Shown here in pieces: positions 57,501 to 64,000 of a DNA stretch of 64,000 nucleotides; the stretch's first letter is position 1, and each line of letters starts with the position of its first letter. The notes below the pieces were generated by a model. It saw only the letters and a list, made by a program, of their open reading frames with translations, made no database searches and was not told the DNA's origin. Source of the DNA: Phallusia mammillata (taxonomy: Eukaryota); NCBI GenBank assembly GCA_965637545.1, contig OZ281496.1:5146001-5210000 (forward strand), given 5' to 3'. Both the position numbers and the translations under genes were made by a program.

Positions 57501-60500
57501 TCACTTTTAATGCAGCGTCTTCACATAAACTGCCTACTACGTTAACAACACTGTTTAGCAGTTAAACTGATTTTTGTTGCGTTAAATTTTTGTTTAATCG
57601 CTTGGTGAGAGAACACATGTAGCGACATAATTGCACTAAAACAAATCACGGAATAGCAGGACAACGCAAAATGTTATCAAGCGTAGAACGGTGGCTGTAA
57701 TGAGTATTATATAGCGGTGACATTTCAATAGATTTAATACGTATCTGCTTTTATTAATGTGCAACATAACTGCACTTCGAAATATTTGATTCTGACATTT
57801 CAAATTATTATCCACTTCTTCCTTCATTATTCCTTTGAAGCCAATATTTAGTTTCTATAAACGACTTATATGTACAATGTGAAAAACACCATGCCAAAAT
57901 ACATTTTTAAATCACCCAATCATTATAGATCTGTTAAGGTTTATTTAACGTTAACCTAAACAAATAAATTAACGAAGTACTTACTGGATGGTCAAACCTT
58001 CGGTCTGGCACACGTTCATTGATTGTTCCGTTCCTACAAAAAAACATTACATTACTTTCAGTTAGCTTACACTTTCGAAGCAAAGAACAAGCACTTTGCT
58101 GCATCATATAGATTAAAAGCCTGTGTTTTAAGAAGTAAAATATTGTCGTTACACATAAAAGAACCTGATGGATTTTCTTTTTTCTTTTCTACAACAATTA
58201 TAGCTTGATGCCACTGAATTAACAAAACGACAAATAACCAACATGATTTGGTGTAAATCAATAAAAACTAATCTCATTAACCTGGAGGGAAAACCGCAAA
58301 GTTTAAAATTATTTCCATCCGCGTATTAACTTTCAAAAATGATTGAACCTAAGAAACTACTTGCTTTACGATTTCTTTTTCAGTAAGATTGGGTTTATTT
58401 TAATTTTTTTCGGTTGTCGTGTGAAAGCAAATTGCACCAACCTGATTCAAGATTGACTGTCGCGTTAAATCCCAACAGACCAAAGTCAGTATCGCTGATA
58501 AAGATAAGAGTAAGATGTGTTGCAGTAACTGTGTGATTCAATCCCCCACTATAATTCCCAGTCAATCTTTCTACATTTCCTTGGTCGTCTTTGAACTGAA
58601 AATAATGTTGAACCAGTGTAAAATTCTAGATTAAATCGGGGCTTATAAGGCGCGGCAGAGCTGACGAAAGTATGAGGCCGTAAAAATACATGTACAGGGG
58701 GTTATTAATGGTTTATAACTTTTTTGCAAGACATTGAGGTTTGACCGCTCTGACCGGCTGACGTGGGGCTGGAAAGATTTATTACCTGCTTAGTAACCAT
58801 TGTGTGCAAATAACTAACAACGTACAATACATAAACAAACAACGTACAACGTGCAGTGTAGATAATGACGTTATAAACAGTTTGGTCTGGTTGCCCTCTC
58901 ATTAACTTTTGTGTAATAATAGAGTCAATAGGGAAAAGGTTGTGCACGCCTGGATTATATAACAGTTTATTTTGGGCCAGGCTTATCTGGACCTAACTGC
59001 AATCTCAGCCACATTTGTTTCCTCAATTTATAACCAGGCCCCAAAATTTTATATTGGAAAATCTGAACTCGGAACAGACTGATGCTTGATAAAAACCTGG
59101 TTCGGTCTGTTTTGGTTCTGCAATGCAATTTAACAAGAAATAACCACTCACTTACGTATAAAAAGTCAAAGTCTTCCTCGGTGCTAAAAGTGGAGAATTG
59201 AAACACCAAGGACGTGCTGCTTTCCAATTGAAATCTCCAAACACAAGCATGCGAAATTGGGTAGATGCTCGGAAAGTTAGGAGACTGTAAATTATAAACC
59301 GGTCCGGTAGCGTCTTCCCCGCACAAAGTAGCTAAAATACACAAAAAGCGTTAATTGTTTCTGTGCAGCTACATAATCATTTTTAAACTGTTCCTCATAA
59401 AACGCAACACAGCCTAGCTGCACGAATCTGCGCACATAATGTTTTGTCACCAGTTTCACTGATGAGACTATACAGAACGAAAGTAACGCTCTGACTACAG
59501 CTTACTCATCACAAAAGAACACACAATAAACTCAAACTCTTGAACTTGGAGAATGGCCAAGTTCAAGAATTGACATTTTAGATTTTCACAGAATTAAATC
59601 TTTTTGGGAAACCAGTTAAATTCGACTTACCGGCGTGCAAAACAATGTTTGTATTTCCCGTTGTGAGGTTCGTGACACAAGATATATAAGCAGACGGGCT
59701 TTCAACGAAAACTGGAAAAGATAAGCCTCCACCTTCCAACGTTCCAGCTAATGTGCCTTCCTCGTTGGATCCCTCGTAAATCTATTTACACAATAATGGC
59801 AATTAGTTTAGTTAAGAGTTGTTACCGAGCCCGAACGCCTAAACCTTAAATACCAAACCCGAACTTTTTTCAAAGAAATCTGGTTAGATTTTAACCAATT
59901 CAAAAATACGACAGAAATGTGGCCGAGTAAAAGGTCAGTAAAACGTGTTATATGCGCACATGTGTAAAAACGTATACATACTGCTCATCCAAATAAACTG
60001 TTTTTTTTTTTGATAAAATATCGACAAAAAAAGTAACCAACGTCTAGCAATATGATACAGGCAGCTCGACAGCGGACTCATTGTGTGCATGACGTCCGCT
60101 GCAGAGGTTAAAAAGAAATACGCCAAAAAATCTCCTACGGAATTCAAAGGCTATACCTTACAAAAGTTGTCTGCAGCAAGTTGTCCACTTCGAAAATAAG
60201 CAATCAATCTTGTGGCAGCCACTCCGGGGATAAAACGTCGAGTCCATGTGGAACATTCAGGTAAAATGTTTGAAGAAAGCCGACTTAAGGTTACATCCCC
60301 TTCGTGACACTGACCGTCCGACACTTAACATGAAATTCACCATTAGAAATCAAATCATTTTACCAATTGTACGTCCTATACAATTCTGACACCAATAAAC
60401 TGCTACATAGCGAGTCCGCTTGTCGCGGTTTATGACAGCGCAACTTTGCGTCGCTACTCTAGGCCTGGTGATTCTTTTTTACCAGTTTACAGACACAGTA

Positions 60501-60901
60501 TTTTGCACCGAACCTATTAGACCTGACTAAAATGGTTTTGTTAAAGTATTTGTGAGATTTCAATCGTTCGAAATGATTAAAACTTAATTGATTCTGCAGC
60601 GACTAAATAGTTTGCTTTATAATCTTGTTTTTGATGACGGGAGGTTCTTCTGCAAACAACTCAAAACTGCTCGCGCAAATGCATTATTTAAACTAACACA
60701 CTTTAGGTTTCATTTGATAAATTACAGTAAAATGTCATCTAAGTCTATGAAGTTTGTAAATTTTATATGCCGCCATAAAAACAAGGTAGTTTTGAATGGC
60801 TATGTTTTATTGCTGATGTTTTATGCCAAACCTTCCTTACCTCGATGTAATAAACCCATTAAGCAGACGAAAAGAGCAACCTTTACCAGCGGAATTGACA
60901 T
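54517..60901 (-). CDS. Z5: CUB-like + CUB + ZP-domain type I membrane protein, 592 aa, intact
   Basis: Exons 60841-60901 (MSIPLVKVALFVCLMGLLHR), 60157-60323, 59631-59781, 59156-59331, 58442-58595, 57985-58033, 57143-57308, 56786-56943, 56393-56564, 55857-55927, 55564-55753, 54729-54837 (CGGVGRRS), 54517-54671 (TM). Exon sizes and phases match Z2 (exon 2 is 6 nt longer). Confidence 0.9.
56201..56270. repeat. (GGGCTTGTGCTTT)x4 minisatellite in Z5 intron 9
   Basis: Four exact 13-mers at 56215-56266, inside an insertion that Z2 and Z4 lack. Confidence 0.85.
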
Positions 60902-61583
60902 TTTGATCGTTTTGTTGGACAAAAGACAAATGTTTTATATCATCTACTATACCTGCTAATATAAGTTACAATACAAATAAATTATTAAAAATACTAACTT
61001 AATGCTACCAATATAACTTACAACAAATGTATTTGCAAATAAACTAGTACATAAGCACATTTTTGCCTCTATATTTAACATTTTCTATTGAAACTTTGTT
61101 GAGGTCGGCACGCTTAATAATTTAAGTATGGCAACAACTTTGTCTAAACCATTTTAGCAATACCAGCATTGTAATGCTATTCTCAGCTGCAACACTTCGC
61201 ATGTGTCAAGCGGGTTTCCTTTTCTACATTATAACACACTGTGGCCTAATTAGCTCACAGTCGTAAACACCGCAAGCCCCGTAACACAATGCAGGTGATT
61301 CAAACCGGATCAATACAGTTGCGACGCTTATCCTGTAACGGGCCGCTACATCTAACTGTGTTAAACACGTATTACGTTACTCATGTGAGTCGTCAGCGTC
61401 CTTTTGTCAAACTACGTTGAAGCAAGCTGCAGCTGCTAACATTTACGATTTTAACCATCTACTAAAACTCATAACTTACTAAAAGTTTTACAGTAAGCTT
61501 CGTAGAATATATTTTCGGGCTCCCAGTAGTTTGTACGCATTTTAATTCATTTGGCCAAGACAGCATTTTGTCTTGATCTACAT

Positions 61584-61919
61584 CAGGGGTGGCCAAACTT
61601 TTTTACCAGAGGGCCAAATTTGCAACTGTCTTACCACTGGAGGGCCGGATTAAATGAGATTTACGTAAAATTTGTCTTAACTGGTTGCCATCTTTATTAA
61701 AATATATATTATTGTAGTAGAATGACAATTAAGGTTTATATATCAATGAGATAAATGCAACTGTCCACAATTTTGAACAAGCCTTTTAAAGTCTGGAGTA
61801 AAAACTTCACAGTGGTAAATATGGTGCTTGGAAAAAAACCAGGCAAGGTGTTTGGCGGGCCGGATGAAACAGGACTGGGGGCGGGATGCGGCCCGCGGGC
61901 CGTAGTTTGGCCACCACTG
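61584..61919. mobile_element. hAT-type MITE (336 bp)
   Basis: TIRs caggggtggccaaact / agtttggccaccactg. Perfect TSD atctacat. Confidence 0.9.
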
Positions 61920-62334
61920 ATCTACATTATTCGAAAAGAGCGTGTGTACAAACTCGCACATCGTTCGGGCGCGCAAGTTCAAAATTGAAATTGGCAATTA
62001 CACCTAATGTTATATTGTTGTTTAGTAGCTGAAAAATACTGCTTGAAATTGCTGAGTAATGCATTTTGTGATGTTAATAAACAACTATCAGGGTGTGGTT
62101 GTAGGTCTTCCAAACATGTAACTTATACAGTTCCGTCAAACCTCACCCTTTTTCCTAACACGAGTGGTCCACGACTGGTCAAATCAATACGAGTGCTTAC
62201 GTTAGTAGAATTTCCAAAAAATAAGAGTGCAACTGTTTTGGTCTTTTCCTAACTGTTTTGGTTAAGTATAATAACGATCCTTTACTGCGTTTACAGATTC
62301 CTTGCGTACAAAGATAGCCCATGACTACAGCATA

Positions 62335-62372
62335 CCGGACAGATTGCCTTCTTTCTTTTATTCTCGTTTAAT
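62335..62372 (-). repeat. Short remnant of the CsRn1-like LTR (another at ~1616-1645)
   Basis: Reverse complement aaaagaaagaaggcaatctgtccggt matches the LTR at 50731-50756. Confidence 0.45.
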
Positions 62373-63224
62373 GCAGCGTATTCGTACATTGTGGGCATTC
62401 TAATTGGTTGTACCTTAAATAAACAATTTGCAACAACAAAGCATTTGCAAAAAGTATCTTTGTTTGAAATCTGATTAGTTGTTTGTGTGACGTAACAAAT
62501 TAATCCACAAACGCGATTTGTCATTCGAAAACTATATTCCTAACATTGTATTTAAACCCAACAAGCATAGTAAACTCTAATCTGGTGTAGTTTTCTGTGA
62601 AAGGTAAATGCTTTCTCGTTGCATCTATAATGCCGCGCATGTTAAGTTGAATTATTCTATTTTACTTCGATTACTTCTGTTCATCAATACAACTACATAA
62701 AGAAGACAACACCTGTTCTATTACAAAAAAAACATCGAACTATAATAGAAGAAGGAAACAACATTTTAATAACATTACAAATTGTAAGCTTCATGACTTT
62801 ACGCAACAAGTAAACCACCAAAACAATGAAAATAGTTTCAAAAAACTAAGCATTGAGGCTTAAATTACAAAAAGGTTTTGAAAGAAGGTAAACATTTTTG
62901 CGAACGTTTTGAGCGGAGGTATCTTTTTCGTTAAAGTTGTGTAAAAGGCAAAGTATAGCACCAATTAATCTATCTCAGACAAAGTAAATACGATTCTAAT
63001 ACGCATAGGAATATCCGCTCAATGGAACATTACAAATTAAATTTAAAACATTTATACAAGTGTTCCGAAAACCACATACGAAAGTATAAAACAACTCACA
63101 AAACAATATTGTATCGTAATTATAAGAGGATTACATGATATGGAATGGTTTAAAAGGATTACATTAATAATTGAGAATAAGACATTTTCTTCATATTCAG
63201 GTTTCATAAAATTTTAGGAAACTT

Positions 63225-64000
63225 TTATTTCACTATTTCAATTACTCTGTCGCTTTCAGTGGCTCCGCCAGCCTCGTACCTTACGGTAAAATCTGATGAG
63301 CGAATCATGGATTCCCGCAAAGACGACAATTTGTCTTTAACGCTATTTTTGGCTTTGTTTAAATGATCTTGAATTGATTTGGAATAAATCAAAGGATTAA
63401 GGGCGCTGTTGATTGGAAGCAACAGACAAGCGCTCAACACATAAGCATCTGGTGGCATTTTGATTCCTCCAAGATTCAAATATCCCATGATACAAATTGG
63501 AATCCAGCAACAGAAGTCGGTAACAATCAACCTCGAGATTCTTTTCTGCATACTTGAGCTGATATCGGTGTTTCTGGATCCTTTCATGCGATTGCTCTGT
63601 TTGTAGATGAGAACATATGCAACCACCATGTAGATGAACATTAGGAAGTTGATTGTGATGAGAAAAGTTGAATATTCCCAAGCAAATTCATTGGTAGTGA
63701 CAAACAAACGTGGCAAACAGACGCTCGTTTCTCCATAATATCCGAACCCTCCTTTAATTGGACTACGAGGAAATGCCTCTTTAATTGTTTGTATAACATC
63801 GTTCCAACCCTCCGGTTCTTTGCGTTTGATTCTTGTAGCAAGCAATGACATGTTTTTTCTTGAAACAAAATCGTTTTCAAAGAAATGGTTTGGAAACCAA
63901 ACGCCATTTGCAAAATATTCTGAGGAGACCTGAAGTAAAGGAACAATCGCCAAAACAACAGCTGAAAGCCAACAAACCAATTCCACAAGCACTATGGTGC
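63225..64000 (-). CDS. GRL101/RXFP-like (LGR class) rhodopsin GPCR, TM4 to C-terminus; runs off the window edge
   Basis: GYYGETSVCLP (ECL2), TDFCCWIPI (TM6), LPINSALNPLIYS (TM7). The frame is open to 64000. Confidence 0.9.
   Translation of the reverse strand, partial: TIVLVELVCWLSAVVLAIVPLLQVSSEYFANGVWFPNHFFENDFVSRKNMSLLATRIKRKEPEGWNDVIQTIKEAFPRSPIKGGFGYYGETSVCLPRLFVTTNEFAWEYSTFLITINFLMFIYMVVAYVLIYKQSNRMKGSRNTDISSSMQKRISRLIVTDFCCWIPICIMGYLNLGGIKMPPDAYVLSACLLLPINSALNPLIYSKSIQDHLNKAKNSVKDKLSSLRESMIRSSDFTVRYEAGGATESDRVIEIVK

Noticed and set aside
1-64000. CRISPR arrays, rRNA genes or prokaryotic operons
   Set aside because: None seen; the repeats are segmental duplicates and TEs in an intron-containing eukaryotic locus.

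Overview
AT-rich eukaryotic (metazoan) genomic DNA with short GT-AG introns. Gene content and style suggest a tunicate/ascidian, but this is inference. The window is a birth-and-death tandem array built from two convergent (tail-to-tail) genes. Gene Z (minus strand, 13 exons) encodes signal peptide + divergent CUB-like + CUB + ZP-N/ZP-C + basic cleavage site + EHP + TM (CUZD1-like architecture). Gene P (plus strand) is a micro-exon gene for an acidic, low-complexity protein with no domain I recognise, ending in a conserved FDPNGPPAEE motif. Order: P1> <Z1(3' half, broken) P2(3' half)> <Z2(intact) <Z3(last 2 exons) TE cluster P3(partial)> <Z4(pseudogene, split by a young 7.9-kb BEL/Pao LTR retrotransposon) <Z5(intact), then the 3' part of a GRL101/RXFP-like GPCR at the right edge. 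Exon 2 of Z is hypervariable between paralogues (28 replacement vs 2 silent codon differences Z2/Z4, counted by hand), suggesting diversifying selection on a surface recognition domain. Mobile DNA includes the BEL/Pao element (with an anomalous 45-bp copy of host flank in front of its 3' LTR), decayed CsRn1-like Ty3/gypsy copies, two Penelope-like elements with minimal hammerhead ribozymes, Buster/Charlie-type hAT MITEs, an RTE-like fragment, a tRNA-SINE, and an unusual fold-back element that carries a tRNA-like gene and has 13-bp TSDs. All exon models were read by hand from splice signals, phase continuity and paralogue alignment; no searches were run.
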